From Ginglymostoma cirratum (lineage: Eukaryota): a DNA stretch of 64,000 nucleotides. A program made the position numbers and the translations under genes. Positions 1 to 13,178 of this stretch are shown here, one piece after another; the first letter of the stretch is position 1, and each line of letters begins with the position of its first letter. The notes under the pieces were generated by a model that saw nothing but the letters and a program-made list of their open reading frames with translations, had not been told where the DNA came from and ran no database searches. The stretch is taken from assembly GCA_024137785.1 (NCBI GenBank), contig JAHRHZ010000107.1:248001-312000 (forward strand). The letters run 5' to 3'.

Positions 1-262
1 TAATGACAAACATGAAAACCTATAAGTAGGTCAATAATTTGTACCCCAAAAGCAGCAATCCTTTTCAAATATGTGATTGCCTCCAAGCTTTTTTTTTTCT
101 TTTATCCAGCAAAGTAGGGATGAGAAATGGTCTAGTATTCAAAGATATTTGCACAGTCTTACAGATAGGGCACACTTCATAAACCACTTGCATTATTAAC
201 AAAAGAAATTACAATGTCGATATAAGACGGGCTCAGTTAAATAAATATTGCTCTCTTTACAG

Positions 263-645
263 TCAGTGAATTCCATCATCCTAAGGTTTATGTCCTACAT
301 CCATCGACAGATAAGATTGACACTGAGAATTCAACTACACTGGTGCGTCTAGCCACCGACTTTTACCCCGCTGAGATTTACATTGGTTGGATGGCCAATG
401 ACACCCTTTTGGATTCCAGGTACCAGACCCAACTGGAGAGCGAGAAGGGGAATGGTTCCACCTTCATCGTCAGCAGATTGAGACTCATAACGGCAGAATG
501 GAACAGTGACACCACTTACTCCTGCTTAGTGTGGCACCCATCCCTCAGCTGGGATTTAATCAGACGTACAAATAAATTTCATGGTAAACCAACATTAGTT
601 AATGCTTCAGATGTACTAAGCGACACTGTTAAATCCTGCACATAA
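263..645 (+). CDS. IgNAR: IgNAR heavy chain last constant-domain exon (C5) with secretory tail; possibly non-functional copy
   Basis: Acceptor ctctctttacag at 251-262, then (phase 1) SEFHHPKVYVLHPSTDKIDTENSTTLVRLATDFYPAEIYIGWMANDTLL...WNSDTTYSCLVWHPSL...GKPTLVNASDVLSDTVKSCT*. This is a C1-set Ig domain matching shark IgNAR C5 plus the secretory tail (N-x-S sequon, penultimate Cys). Internal donor CATG|gtaaac at 583/584 serves the TM form. First canonical Cys is Arg (cgt 346-348). Confidence 0.93.
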
Positions 646-1339
646 TTTGTGGTGATGGACTATGTTTTCCATGGATAGGTGAATGTCTATATGTAAATAA
701 CTGTTTTGGGAACTGAACCAATGTATTTTCAATTCATTGCACTGCACATTCATACTTCTGATCAGTGAACACTTTTGTAACAAAAAGAAAATAGCCACTA
801 TTTCAAATTCTATCTGCCGATAAAAGATAATTATGTTTAATATCTGAAATGCAAGGACAACTTTGTCTTGTGAGTGTAATCGTTCTGAAGATCGCTTGAA
901 GAGTTCCACCCCGTTATTGAAAGAACGAGAAATTATGTTTGCGTCTGACTTACTTATTCTTGGTTTCTATGCATTGTACTTTCTCAAGGATAGTTTAGCC
1001 TTTGATTGAAACTTGTGTTATATCCATTTCTGATATGCCAGCGCTGCATCCAGCTTACGTGTGCAGAATTTCAGATCCACGAGGGTTGGTTCTGATCAGG
1101 TCACATTTATCCTAGCCGTTTCTGTTAGAACTCTTCTGTTATGCTTGGCATGTGGGGTATCTAGTTGCTGAATGGAATGATGCGATGCCAACTTATTTTG
1201 TATGACAATTGGTCATCCAAATTGCTGTTACCTTCTCTTCACCAGTTTTGTCAAGTATTCTACTGGAGTGACTTCCAGTTCCCGTCCACAGTTTTAGTGT
1301 TGCATCCTCGCAAAGATCCGTACTTGGGGCCTGATCCAC

Positions 1340-2240
1340 ATATAGCCTACACACTGCCCCTGATTGACATCAGGTGAGCTCAAATTGAATCTCGGCACTG
1401 ATCCCACATAACGCTCACTCACAGTCGTCCATTTCTTCTCTGTGACTGTCCAATACCTCTTGATAAGTGAACGTCAATCAAATAATGCTTTTTCCTCTAT
1501 TCTGGTTACAACCCCAGTTCGTCCCTTATTTGCACCATTGATTTCTCTGGCCATTCTGTGGCGAGGTTTACTTCGTTTTTTGACTCGACAGCCTACAAAT
1601 CTAGTTGAATGTCCAATCTTTTTGCTCACACCGACAGATGGCTGCCATTTCTTTCAGTTTATCTGTTTTCAACTAGCTCAACCAGTTCTTTGGTGCCTCT
1701 TGAGCCAACTGTTCATTTGTCTGTTTATCTGCCATATATTGTACAGTCTCAATAGCCTTAAATTGGCACAAAGCTCGATAAGTAGATTATGAATTCGCAG
1801 CAGTTCACAATCATTCATCACCAACATGCTCATTAAACCATACTCAATAATGTCTGTTAATTCTCTCCATACAAAATTATTCCTCACTTACCCAAATTCC
1901 TCCACATCTTCTTCCATCACTATTAATGTGATTCCTTCCAACTTTAATTTCACTAAACCTTCTGGGGGTTCTGGCCTCTTACGCATGCATATTTTTATTG
2001 CTGCCATCATGTCCATCCTTACCTTCACTTAACCAGTCTTGGCAAATATTCTAATACAGTGATGTCGAATCCCACTCGTGCAGCAACACTACTGCATCCC
2101 CTCAAAAGTGTATGCTTAGAACCCCGTCCATTTATAACCTCCCGCTGTCCCTGGTTGATATCATGTGAGTTCGGATTTCACTTAGACAATGAAAACATAC
2201 ACTTCAAGTACTATAAGTGGATTGAACTCTATGGCGAATT
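1340..2240 (-). mobile_element. Highly decayed CR1 LINE fragment (endonuclease region)
   Basis: Minus-strand translation EEVEEFG*VRNNFV...MLVMND resembles the CR1 APE region seen more intact at 41203-41715. Confidence 0.4.
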
Positions 2241-3849
2241 ACCTATTCGATCAGTGCTGTAACGGTGTTGTGATATTTACGACGTGCAAACAGACCATTT
2301 TTAAAGTATCATGTTGAATTTTAATATTCAATAAGCTGAAACTAATGGAGCAATCTGGGGAATTGTTTGGCAGGGTGGTGTTTAGGTTCTATTGCACCTG
2401 CTCCCTCTCCCAAGCCCCCCTCAGAAAAAAAGACTTTAATTTTAAAATGAGGAAGACAATTTTTGGCAAATTTTCAGCGACATTCAAGATCTACCAGGCA
2501 CAAATTTCGCATTGACTTTTTTGACTTAAGTTTATTATCGAATGGTGTTTGGAATACGATACACGGGAGGAAAGCAAATCGGCTGCAGTTCTGAAATTTC
2601 TGCATTGTCACAAAAGTCTACACCTACAATCAGGTGTGAAATAGCACGCTCGGGTCAACTGCTTTGATGAACTTGCATGGATGACCAGCTGTTCGTGAAA
2701 ACAATGAAACTTTGTACATTCAGCTGTTGTCACTCTGCCATGACATGAGATATTTACTATCAATGGATTTTGTATTCGAATGAGACGCACTGCTTTGCTA
2801 TTTAGATGTACATTTTCGCATTCTGTAGGGCATATTTGTCCATAAATAATTCACTGTTTAATCTGATGTGATAACTCTTCATGCTGTATTTCGTGATTGA
2901 GAGGGGGCCTCCTATTGGCTGTTCTGTATAGCCATACGTGAGGCCGTCTCTGAGTTAGAAAGGACTTGTACATGGTTTATGATATCTCGTCATGCAGTGA
3001 CTCTTCGGGTGAATGGAAGAAACACTGTGCTGTGGATTTTCCCACTCGTCCATGTAGTTTGGGTGGGGGGGCAGGGGAGGAGGGTTGTCAGTACGTAGAG
3101 TGGCTTCCTTTCCTTCTTTTAGGTCATGTTACGGGGTATCTGTCCATGTTTGATACAGCCTGTCAATCGCCGAATGATGCTGCTACCGGAATTGGAATTT
3201 CTCCATGCAGTCTTGTGTGATTCACTGAAGAGACGAACTGCTCTGTTATCATGTGTGGCTTTTTTTCATACTCAAAAGTATCTCGTTTGTTGACGGATCT
3301 GTGGCTTTAAAAGTCTCCATGCCATATCAACTATTTGAAGTATTACTTTTGAATTAGGCAGAGCTGCAAAAAAGTTCGGGAATTGTCTTCTCCCTATGTC
3401 TCAAGTTCTCAATCAAAAAGCACAAAGTCGAAGAATCTGGCTTTCGCCGCCTGAATCCCTTCATATCTCATCATGTGTTCCGAGATAAATTGATGCCAAT
3501 GCACACATGTTACTGATGTTCTGGTATCGCATGAGAGTATTAAAATGTTTTGTTTTTGAGTTGAGATAGCCACCCAATTCAGCTGTTGCTGAGAATACAT
3601 AGCTTGGAATGGCAATGGGAGACGAAAGCCCTGAATGTGAGCAAAACTGAAAATTCATTATGTGAAATAGTTCACTTTGTGACAAGTAAGATACTTTTGC
3701 CATCATGATTCTATCAGATGAAAAAATCCAACCACCTGAATAAATTACAAATACTAATTCCTCTAAATGAAATTTACTAGCATCGATTCAGGATAACGAT
3801 CTTAATAACGATTATTATACTGGCATTGATTAAGATTTAACTAAATTGC

Positions 3850-4630
3850 TAGAAGATTGTTGTGAGGGAAGTATCACAAGGAACAACGCTTGCACACTTG
3901 TTATTAATATTCTTATCGATGTTTATGAGGACACTGTGTAATATTTCCAGAACTGTGAATGGCGCATATCTATGTGAGTTGCGATGAGAATCCAAGAAAG
4001 TTCCAAGCTGACATGGGCAGTCTGGATATCTGGGCAAGAATAGAGCAGGTGGAGTATCTTGTTGATTGAGTGTGAGGTTATCGACTTTGGTTGGACGACT
4101 TGTGATGAAGAGTGTTTCATAAAGGCCAAGAGTCGACAATTGTTGGTGCTAAAAGGGATTCATAAGTCCAAATAGACAAGAAATTGAAATATAACATGGT
4201 ACTGAGGAAGTAACGAAGAAGGTTGACTTTTAAGGACGTTTTAAGGACATCGTAAGTGAATTTGAAAGCATTTTTAACTGTGCCTTTCTTCAAATCTGAC
4301 GTCTTGATAAGATTGCACCTAGATACATCATTCATTTTGTTCCCTTCACTTAAGTAAGGATGTATTTTCCTTCAAATAGACATTTAGATCACAAATTTGT
4401 GAGATTGTCGGACTGTCCTGCGAAAAGATACTGAAGAGACTGGACCTAGTACATAGCCAATAGAAGAATGAGAGATTATAACATTTATCCAGCATGTGCA
4501 AGACAGAGATTTATAGATGCTAATGCCATCAACGAAAGTATGAATGTTTCGTAAAATAGCACGAAGTAGATGATCGTCCACCATCTAGAATGGTGAACCA
4601 GGCTCAAGAAGCTGAACAGTCTACTCCTCC
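3850..4630 (+). mobile_element. Decayed CR1 LINE fragment
   Basis: QADMGSLDIWARIEQVEY...CEVIDFG-like RT segment at ~4000-4095 and a CR1-type 3' tail near 4600-4640. Confidence 0.5.
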
Positions 4631-4689
4631 TTCTATGTTTCTCCGTTCGTATGGTCACAACATCTGGAAGCTTTAGAATCCAAGATAAT

Positions 4690-6545
4690 CTAAACAAAAA
4701 GGAAATTAGGAAAGCAAAGAGAGGATGCAAAAAAAGTTTGAACAAATTAAGGAGTATCAAATATATTTTCTTGGTACTTTAGGGAAAGATGGTGAATAAT
4801 GAAAGGATTGGGTCGAACAGAAGTGAGCATTGTAACTGTTTTTATAGAATAGTTTGTCTTTGACTTCACAAAGGAGACAGCTGATACAGACAATACATAT
4901 ACAGGCGTACAGTGAAATAGTAAATAAAATAATAACGAGAAGGGAAGTAATATTCAGACTGATCTGCTTGAAGATGTAAGAATATCTTGAGGTGAAGGGA
5001 AGTGAGTGAACAAATAACGGACATTTACAGGATCATTTTCCAATCCTCATGAGATGCATGTGATGTTCCAGAGAATTGCAAGTCCACAAATGTTGTTCCA
5101 GTATTGAAAATGATTTGCCGGTGAATTATATAATGATAGGTCGGTCAATCTGAATTCGGTGGAGCGCAAGTTACGAGAATCAATCGTTAGAGATCAGATT
5201 CAATGCTACTGGGAAAGGCTTGGATTAATCAGGGAAAATTAGCAAGAATTTGATAAGTGAATATCATTTCGTACAAACTTAATTGTTTTGTTTTTGGTGT
5301 GATGGCAACAAAATGATTTGTGGAATACTACGTGGGTGGTATCTAGATGGATATAATAAGGCATTTGACGAGGTCCAGCGTGGAAGACTGGTAAGAAAAA
5401 TAAATCACAGGATGCACGGGAAAGTAACGATTTTGGGTATGACACCGACAGACAGCAAATGTTAATACTGGCCAATTTTTTTGCGAATCAAATACAGTCT
5501 CCAATGCTGTATAATATGACTTACTGTTGTATCACTCACTATTTGTGTGAGCATTAATGATTTAGACTTTGATGCGAGATATCTGATTTGGATTTCGCTG
5601 ATGACACAAAACTGGTGGTGTCGTTGATAATGAAGATAATGGCTGTTGAATGCAGGTTGATATCAATGATTTAATTTCGTGGTCGAAAAGTGTTCGTTTG
5701 GATTCAGTCTGAAAGTGGGAATTTATGCACATGGGGAGTGGAACATTGCATATAAAAACACAGCTACCAGGAAGATATCAAGATGAGTAGAGCACGTTAG
5801 AGACCTCAGATACTATGTCCACGGTTCCGTGATTGCTGCATGACGGAGAGAAATTGGTGAAATAAAAGGCACGGGTGAGATGCTCTATTACTTTTGATGA
5901 AATATTGAATAGAAAAACGGGGATTTAATGCTCGAACTGTGTAGGATATTTGTTACATCACTGATGTAGTTTTGTGTAGAATTCACTTCATTACCGGAAG
6001 AATATAATTGTTTGGGACAGAGCAGAGCAGTGTTCAACAAGAATATTTTCAGGACTTTTAAGTTGTGGCAATAAGGAAAGATTGGATGTGCAAGTGTTTT
6101 CCTTACAACAGATGAGGAAGATGCCTTACTAAATTGAATAGTACAAAATAATGAGGGGCTTATATCGCAAGGGCAGCGAAGACGTGTCTTCCTGTGGTTA
6201 AGTCAAGTGGAATTACATTAATGTGGATAGCATAAAGATTAGAAAAGTAATGCTGCGTAGTCACATTCTGTCATTAGAAAAATTATATCTGACCATCATT
6301 TAATCAGAGGGTAATCTTCGAGGAAAATAAGATATTTTTATCCGATGGTGGGGGCTGTCTGGGGTTTGTTTCCTTGTTTGGTGGTTGAGACAGAAAGCTT
6401 CTAGTTATTTGTACTCAATCTCAACTTGTACCTGAGGTGCTGTAACCTGCAAGCCTATCTGCAAGACACTGGAAATTAGCATTAAAATTGACACTTACTA
6501 GATGTGGTGGGCTGACTGGCAGTTTACTGTGCACAATTTTTTATG
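4690..6545 (+). mobile_element. Old CR1 LINE (RT through 3' UTR), many stops and frameshifts
   Basis: Recognisable remnants of VPEDWRIANVVPLFK (~5064), KAFD (~5358) and FADDTK (5594-5611). Confidence 0.8.
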
Positions 6546-7239
6546 GTTCTATGTTTCTGCAAGATTTCATTCATATATTTGACCACAATATGGTTGATCG
6601 ATAACCTAGGTCACTTCAAAATTGTCAGTCGAACTTCATCAGTGCGAACTAGATTGGAAATAAAATGCATCATTCTGGATAAAATTATCAGTCAGTTGAA
6701 GAAATATGCATTGATTATACAAATGGAGCCATAATTTAATACAGGAAAATACTATTTAAATAACTTGCGTGCCATCTTTGACAAGGTAACAAAGTGAGTC
6801 CATGAATGTCATACTGTTGACATGCTGACATGGAATTCCAAGAGGCAGATAAACGATGTTTCTCCACAATGCAGAAGTCATGGAATAAAAAGAAAATTGT
6901 AAAACATGACAGAGCGTTGTTTAAATGTCAAATAACAGAGAATATCCGTGTACTACTGAATTGAGAAATATATGTTTTAAACTGCTGACGAGGCACTGGT
7001 TAAATCTTCAACTGAGAATTGATGCCTTCTTCCCCATCTCCTCGAGTTGACCTTATCATGTGATTAGTCCAACTTGCTGTACAGAGCAGTGCTAAGTTTA
7101 ATCTATTTAAATGATTTTTCATTAATTGCTGGTATCAAGAGGAAAAAATATGAATTATTGATCATCAGATGCTCTTGTCAGGCACACAAAGTATTGTCTT
7201 CCAGGACGTAAAAATCACAGTTATATGTGCCATTGACCA

Positions 7240-8515
7240 AATTCAGAACAATGCAGTAAAGGCCCTTTAGCCCATCAAGTCCACACCGATAAAACTAATA
7301 AAATTGCATTAATCCCAATTTCCTGCACTCGTCCCATGTCCTTGAATGCTATGATATTTGAGGTATTCCTCCAAATATATTTTAAAGTTTGTAAGGTTTC
7401 CAATCTCCACTCCCTTCCCAGGAAGTGCATTCTGGATTCCCTCCACCAGCTGAGTGAAGAAGTTCCTTTATTTTCCCATAACCCCTCCAAATCACCTGCC
7501 TCTTACCCTAAAACTATTCCCACTCGTGTTTGACACCTCAGCCGAAGGAGACAGCTGCTCTCTATTCACCCTGGTCATGCCCCTCAAAAATCTTTTACAC
7601 CGCCATCATATCCCCCTTACTCTTCTCTGCTCTGAAGAAAATAATCCAAGTCTATCTAGTCTCTGCATCATTCAATTTCTCCGTCCCAGACAATATCCTG
7701 GTGAAACTCCTCTGTACCCCTTCTACAGCTACCACATCCTTCCTGTAGTGAGGTGTCAAGAACTGCACTCTATCCTCCAGTTGGGCCCTGAGCAATGCTT
7801 TGTACAACTTCAGCACTACCTCCTTGCTCTTAAACTCAATACCACAACTGATGTAAGCAAGTGCCCCATATACGTTCTTAACGACCTTTTTCACATGTTC
7901 CACCGACTTCAGAAATCTGTGAATAATAATACCAAGATCCCCTGTTCCTCTAAGCTACCCTGTGTCCGGGCCTTCATTAAAAGCTCCATCATCTTGTTTC
8001 ATCTTCCAAAGTAGATCATCTCACACTTATCGGAGTTAAATTCCACCTACCACTGGTCTGCATATCTGACCAACTTATCCATATCTTCCTGTAACCACAA
8101 CCACCTTTGTAATTATTAACCACTCTACCAATTTTGGTGTTGTCTGTAAATTTACTTAACATTTCCCTCCACAGTTTCACCTATATCATTTATGTATATA
8201 AAACAATAAGGGCCGTAGTACTGGTTTTGTGGCACACCTTTGGACTTCAGACTCCAGTCACCTCAAACAGACTTCTACCACAACGCTCTGTGTCCTTTTA
8301 CGACGTCAGTTTCTGATCCATCTCGCCAAATTTCCCTGAATTCCATGTGCTTGAACCTTCTCAATCACTGTCCCATGCGGGGCTGTGTCAAAAGCTTTGC
8401 AAAAGATGATATCAACTAAACTCAGCTCATCCACATACTTGATTACATTTTCAATACAGTCTAACTAGTCCGTTAGGTATGGCTTGCATCTGACAGAGCC
8501 ATGTTGATTATTTTC
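7240..8515 (-). mobile_element. CR1 LINE 3' portion
   Basis: ORF 7652-7903: LKLYKALLRAQLEDRVQFLTPHYRKDVVAVEGVQRSFTR (CR1 RT C-terminus). Confidence 0.85.
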
Positions 8516-8699
8516 TGCCCTCTTTTGCTTGTTCTCACAACTACGTAATCTACAGTGTTATGAAAATCCCATGATATAGCATTAATTCAATTTTCAAGTT
8601 CACTTAGTCTGATGTGTCACATTCTTCATGATTGCAGTATTGTGGTATTGCAGAAACTTTGTCGATCTGACTAATTTTATATCCATCCATTTTTTTCAG

Positions 8700-8857
8700 A
8701 AACCCCTGAAATAATTGAACACCCAGAAGACAATGACGTTGAAGAATACGAACTAGAAAAAGTTGGTGAAGGTGCCAACAGCTCATTATCCGTAATGGCT
8801 TTCGTTAGCCTGTTTATTCGCAGTATGCGGTACAGCACATTTGTAACTGTCCTTAAG
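8700..8857 (+). CDS. IgNAR: IgNAR transmembrane exon 1 (acidic spacer + TM)
   Basis: Polypyrimidine acceptor ttttttcag at 8691-8699. In frame with the C5 internal donor it reads (E)TPEIIEHPEDNDVEEYELEKVGEGANSSLSVMAFVSLFIRSMRYSTFVTVLK, with the Ig TM CART pattern F..LF..S..YST.VT..K. Ends AAG|gcaata (GC donor). Absent from the ORF track. Confidence 0.85.
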
Positions 8858-9424
8858 GCAATAACACATTTCAATCGCAATGTGACATTGTGTGAGTCCA
8901 CTATATTCACAGATGAGGTGTCGCTAAGCGGTACATAAGAATGTATATGTTTTACTGAGGAGTAGTTACTCCTATACTAAAGAATGGCATTGGACTTCCC
9001 TTGTTGTCGCTGAGTAATTAACTCTCATCTTGAATAAACCTCCTAAATATAATCATTTCACAGAGGAATGCAAGCAAATATGTGGCATTTAGGAACCAAA
9101 CTATGTCAGCAACGAAATAGTGCTGAATTTATCGATTCTGCTTATAGAAGAAAACAGGAGCAAAAGAGTTAGTTCATTCCTATTGGTAATAAACCAGAAA
9201 CGGTGAAATATATTGAGACTAGACAGTGCAAAGATAAAGCAAAGATACCATGAAGTAATGAGGAAAGCATCAAGGAATAATCGGTGATGGATCACTGTGA
9301 AGAATTTAAGAAAGCTTGGGCATGTTTACAACTAAGAACGAGAGGCAACGTTATTTATAATATACAAGAATTTTACAGCTCTTAAGGTAATAGATGCAGA
9401 AAGATTGTTTTCCCTGGCGGGAGT

Positions 9425-10560
9425 GTCATAGAGCCTTAGAGCACAGAAAAGAAATTTTGACCCATCGAATCTGCGTCAAACTAGCTACTCCAATCTCACT
9501 TCCTAGCATTGAATTGAATGTTATGACACTTGAAGTGCTCATCTATGTTCATACTAAGTTTCTCATTTCAACTTCACTCCCAGATAATGCATTCCACATT
9601 CGCACCGCCGTAAGCCTGAACAACTGTTTCATCAAATCCACTTTAACGCATATGTCCTTCATTTTCCAATTATGTTCTTTCATTATGGACACTTTAACTA
9701 AGGGAAACAGAAGACTCCCATCTATACTGTCCACGCGACTCATATTCATATACTCTTCAATCAGGTCTCCCTTCTGTTTTCTCTGTTGTCAAGACAGAAA
9801 TTTTCCAATTATGTCCTTTCATTATTGATGCTTTAACTAAGGGAAGCAAAAGATTCCTATCTATGCTGTCTAAGCCGCTCGTATTCATAAACGTCTCAAT
9901 CAGGTCTCCCATCTGTTTTCTCCGTTGTAAGGAAAACAACCGGGAAGCATACATACTCTCTTCATATCTGGAATGCTTCAGCTCTGGTGAGTCGCCTCCA
10001 CTCTCCCTCCAGTGCAACCACATCTTTCTGATAGTGTGGCAACCAGAACTGCACACAGTACTCCAGCTGTGGTCTAACCAAAGTTTTGTAGAGCTCCAAC
10101 ATAACCGCCGTGCTCTTACAATCTATACAATCTATCCTGATAAAGGCAAGTGTCCAGTATGGCTTCTTAATATATTAAACTGCTCTGCCACCTCCAAGGA
10201 TCTGCAGATAAGCACTCAAAGATCTCTTCTGGTGGCCTGTCATTCATTGCATACTCTGTTGTCTTGTTATTCCCTCCAAGGTCATCACCTCACCTTTTTT
10301 TTAGTTAAATTCCATCTGCTAATGATGTGTCCATCTGACCAACCCGTATATACCTTCCTGTAACCTAAGATTGTCTTCCTTCCATCAAGGCAATCTTAGC
10401 ATCATCTGCGAAGTTACATATAATCCCCTGTACATTCTCATCTATGTCATTTACATATCATGAACAATAAGGGACACAGCAGTGATCCCTGTGTAATGCT
10501 ACCGGACACCAACCTCCAAACACATGAACAGCCTTTTACTACACTCTGCATCCTACCACA
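9425..10560 (-). mobile_element. CR1 LINE 3' portion with internal ~139-bp tandem duplication
   Basis: LFSLQRRKQMGDLIETF; segment 9662-9800 repeated at 9801-9940. Confidence 0.8.
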
Positions 10561-10574
10561 AAAACAAGGATAAT

Positions 10575-11535
10575 ACGCTAGGGTCAAAAGCTTTAACCTC
10601 AGAATAAATGAGCACATATTTAAGGCATAGATGAGGATGAGTTTCTTATTTCAGAGGGTAGTGAATTTGTCGGATTCTTTAGCTCAGAGAGCTATTGAAA
10701 CTGAATCACTAAATATATTCTCGGCTGAGATAGATTTTGATAGTGGAGGGCTGTTTTTCCGACTGGAGTGATGCGAGGTGTGCCACAAGAATTAGTGCTG
10801 GACCCATGATTTTAATTATTCATATAAATGATTTGAATGTATGGTTACTACGTTTACAGATGACAGCAAAACAGGTGGTGTAGTGGACAGTGAAGAACAT
10901 TATCTCAGAGTAAAACGGGACATTGACCAGATGAGCCAATGGGTTAGAGTGGCATTTGAAGTTTAATTTAAATGTCTGTGAGGTGTTGTGTATTGGTAAG
11001 CCAAACCAGGGCAGGGTGACACAGGAAATGGCAGTGTCCTGGGGAGTGTTAATGAACAAAAATGCATCGGGGCACAGGTGTACAATTCCTTGCAAGTGGA
11101 GTCACAGGTATACATGGTGATGAAGAAGGCATTTAGCATAATTGCTTTCATTGGTCATTACATTAAGTTTTGGAGTTGGGATGACAAGTGTGGCTACTTT
11201 GGTACAATGTGCGCAATTCTAGTCGATCTTCTATTTTTCCTAGGGTGAACGATCCAAAACTAGAGGTCATAGGTTTGGGGTTAAAGTGGAAAGATTTAAA
11301 AAGGACCTCATGGGTAACTTATTCGTTTAGAGGGTGTCATGTGTATGGATAGAGCACAGGAAGAGGGACAAGCGGGTACAATTGCAACATTTAAAAGACA
11401 TCTGGATGGACATATGAATAAGGATATTTAGGGAGATATGGGCCAAATGCTGGAAAATTGGCCTAGGTCAGATTGGGGTGTCTGGTCGGCATGGATGAGT
11501 TGGACAGACAGGTCTGTTCCGTATGACTATCTGAC
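10575..11535 (+). mobile_element. CR1 LINE fragments
   Basis: GVPQELVLGP/FTDDSK-like RT motifs (~10777-10870) and CR1 3' tail ending in gactat-type repeats. Confidence 0.8.
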
Positions 11536-12169
11536 TCAATGTAAATCAAGGTGTGGGGGGAAGCTCGGGTAATTGGATTTGAGGATAATCAGATCTGCAT
11601 AACTCCGTGGCAGAGTAGTACTCGGTGAGCTGATTGGCCCATTTCTGTTTCTACGTTTTATTCCTCTATGGATAACTGCAAAGAGATGAACACAACATCT
11701 ACGAAGGAGAAGAAGAAGGAACAATCCGAGAACATCCCAGGCCATACATCAGTGAACTCACAGAACGAGTTCATCAATAACGTGACCAGTGATCACAAAT
11801 TTCAAACCTGAGAAAACATATGCAAGTGGTGCACCACGGTGAAAGAGGATAGTTATTTTCAGTGACAAAATTGAGGTAGATATATTTTTCGTCACATATG
11901 ACGATGAAGGAGCAGACATTGTCTACCTTATTGGTGGACGATGAAAACTTTCGGTGAGGTGAAGATAATGCTTGGTTTAACTCACCTGAGCGAGTTTTAC
12001 ATTTGCACAAAACAAACAAAGCGGACTATAAGATGTCCGTGAGAAGTTACAACACAGGAGCAGAAGAAGGTGATTTTAAAACACCGCCCACTTTCACCAC
12101 TCATATTGAAAATGGATATTCCTTAGTGTCCCATCTGAGTAAAACTATATCTATATCATTTTTTTAACT

Positions 12170-12525
12170 GGGGACAGTGATGTCGTGATAATCTCACTGG
12201 ATTTGTAATCCACCAGCCTTGACGAATGTTCTGTAGGTATTTTTGTTCAAATACCTCGGTGGCAGCTCATGGAATTTAAATTCAATTATTAGTTCTGTGT
12301 TAGCAAACTAATCTCAGAGATGTAGATCATTAAACTTCCATAGAATGCTGTGAAGCTCATCTGGTACAACAATCTCCTTACTCACTGTGACCAATGTGAT
12401 CGAAACCCACAGAATTATCATTGAATCTTTCCCTGGAATAGTCAAGCAAGACACTCAGTTCAAGTGCAGTTTCTGTGGGCAATAAATGCTGTCCTTTCCA
12501 GAGATGCACATTTCCCAGAATACAA
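12170..12525 (+). mobile_element. Decayed tRNA-derived SINE (same family as 45571-45932)
   Basis: Colinear similarity to the better-preserved copy at 45571 (head, ggaatttaaattcaat, catctggt, aataaatgctg...cacatttcccagaat tail). Confidence 0.6.
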
Positions 12526-13039
12526 TATAACATAAATTGGCCCCCAATATCCACACAATTTTGAGGAGATGGGTTCAATATCTCCGGTATCATTATGTAA
12601 GAACATTCTTCATCGGATCACTCCCTAACAGATCAGCGCTAATTATGCTATTATCCTTCATACTTCTGTAATCTGTGATCATCATCATCATTATCATCAC
12701 CAGATAATGAAAATGGAGTTACCACCGAAGTATATCAGTTTCACTCTTCTCATCAGTTGTCTACTTCACCACATTTCTCGACCAACTAATTTCAGCCACC
12801 TGACTAATTCATCTTTAATAGAAATTTTGGCCTAATAACTGCAACGAGCCCTCAGGAACGGCGTCATTGTGGTGACTGTGTTATGCACAATATACAACCA
12901 ATATATGCTACTTGCTGTGCGGTGTCTCGAAAAAACATAAGATTAAGAGATTTATGTAACTGTAGCAGAATGTCTCTCTTTTTGTATCCCACACTTAGCT
13001 TTGAATTAGAAACCAACATTCTGTTCATCAAAAACAATC

Positions 13040-13178
13040 AAATCCAAACATTCCGAAAAGGGTTCACTGGACACGAAATTTTAACTCTGTTTTATCTCCA
13101 CAGATGCTGACAGACCTGCTGAGGTTTTTATTAGGCATTTCTGGTTTCTTGTTTGTTTGTTTTGTTTCTGATTTACAG
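13040..13178 (+). mobile_element. Penelope-like terminal repeat fragment with degenerate hammerhead motif, split by a solo LTR (resumes ~13883-13908)
   Basis: ccgaaaagggttcactggacacgaaattttaactctg...cacagatgctgacagacctgctgag; same family as 27034, 29760 and 53097. Confidence 0.7.

Noticed and set aside
343-645. 100-aa ORF as a standalone gene
   Set aside because: It begins at an internal GTG; it is part of a spliced IgNAR exon starting at 263.
2800-3720. Possible old non-LTR/Penelope remnant on the minus strand
   Set aside because: Could not recover a diagnostic motif with enough confidence to call a family.
7454-8014. 186-aa ORF and similar + strand ORFs (9863-10363, 31560-32090, 39618-40076)
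   Set aside because: Antisense shadows of CR1 ORF2.
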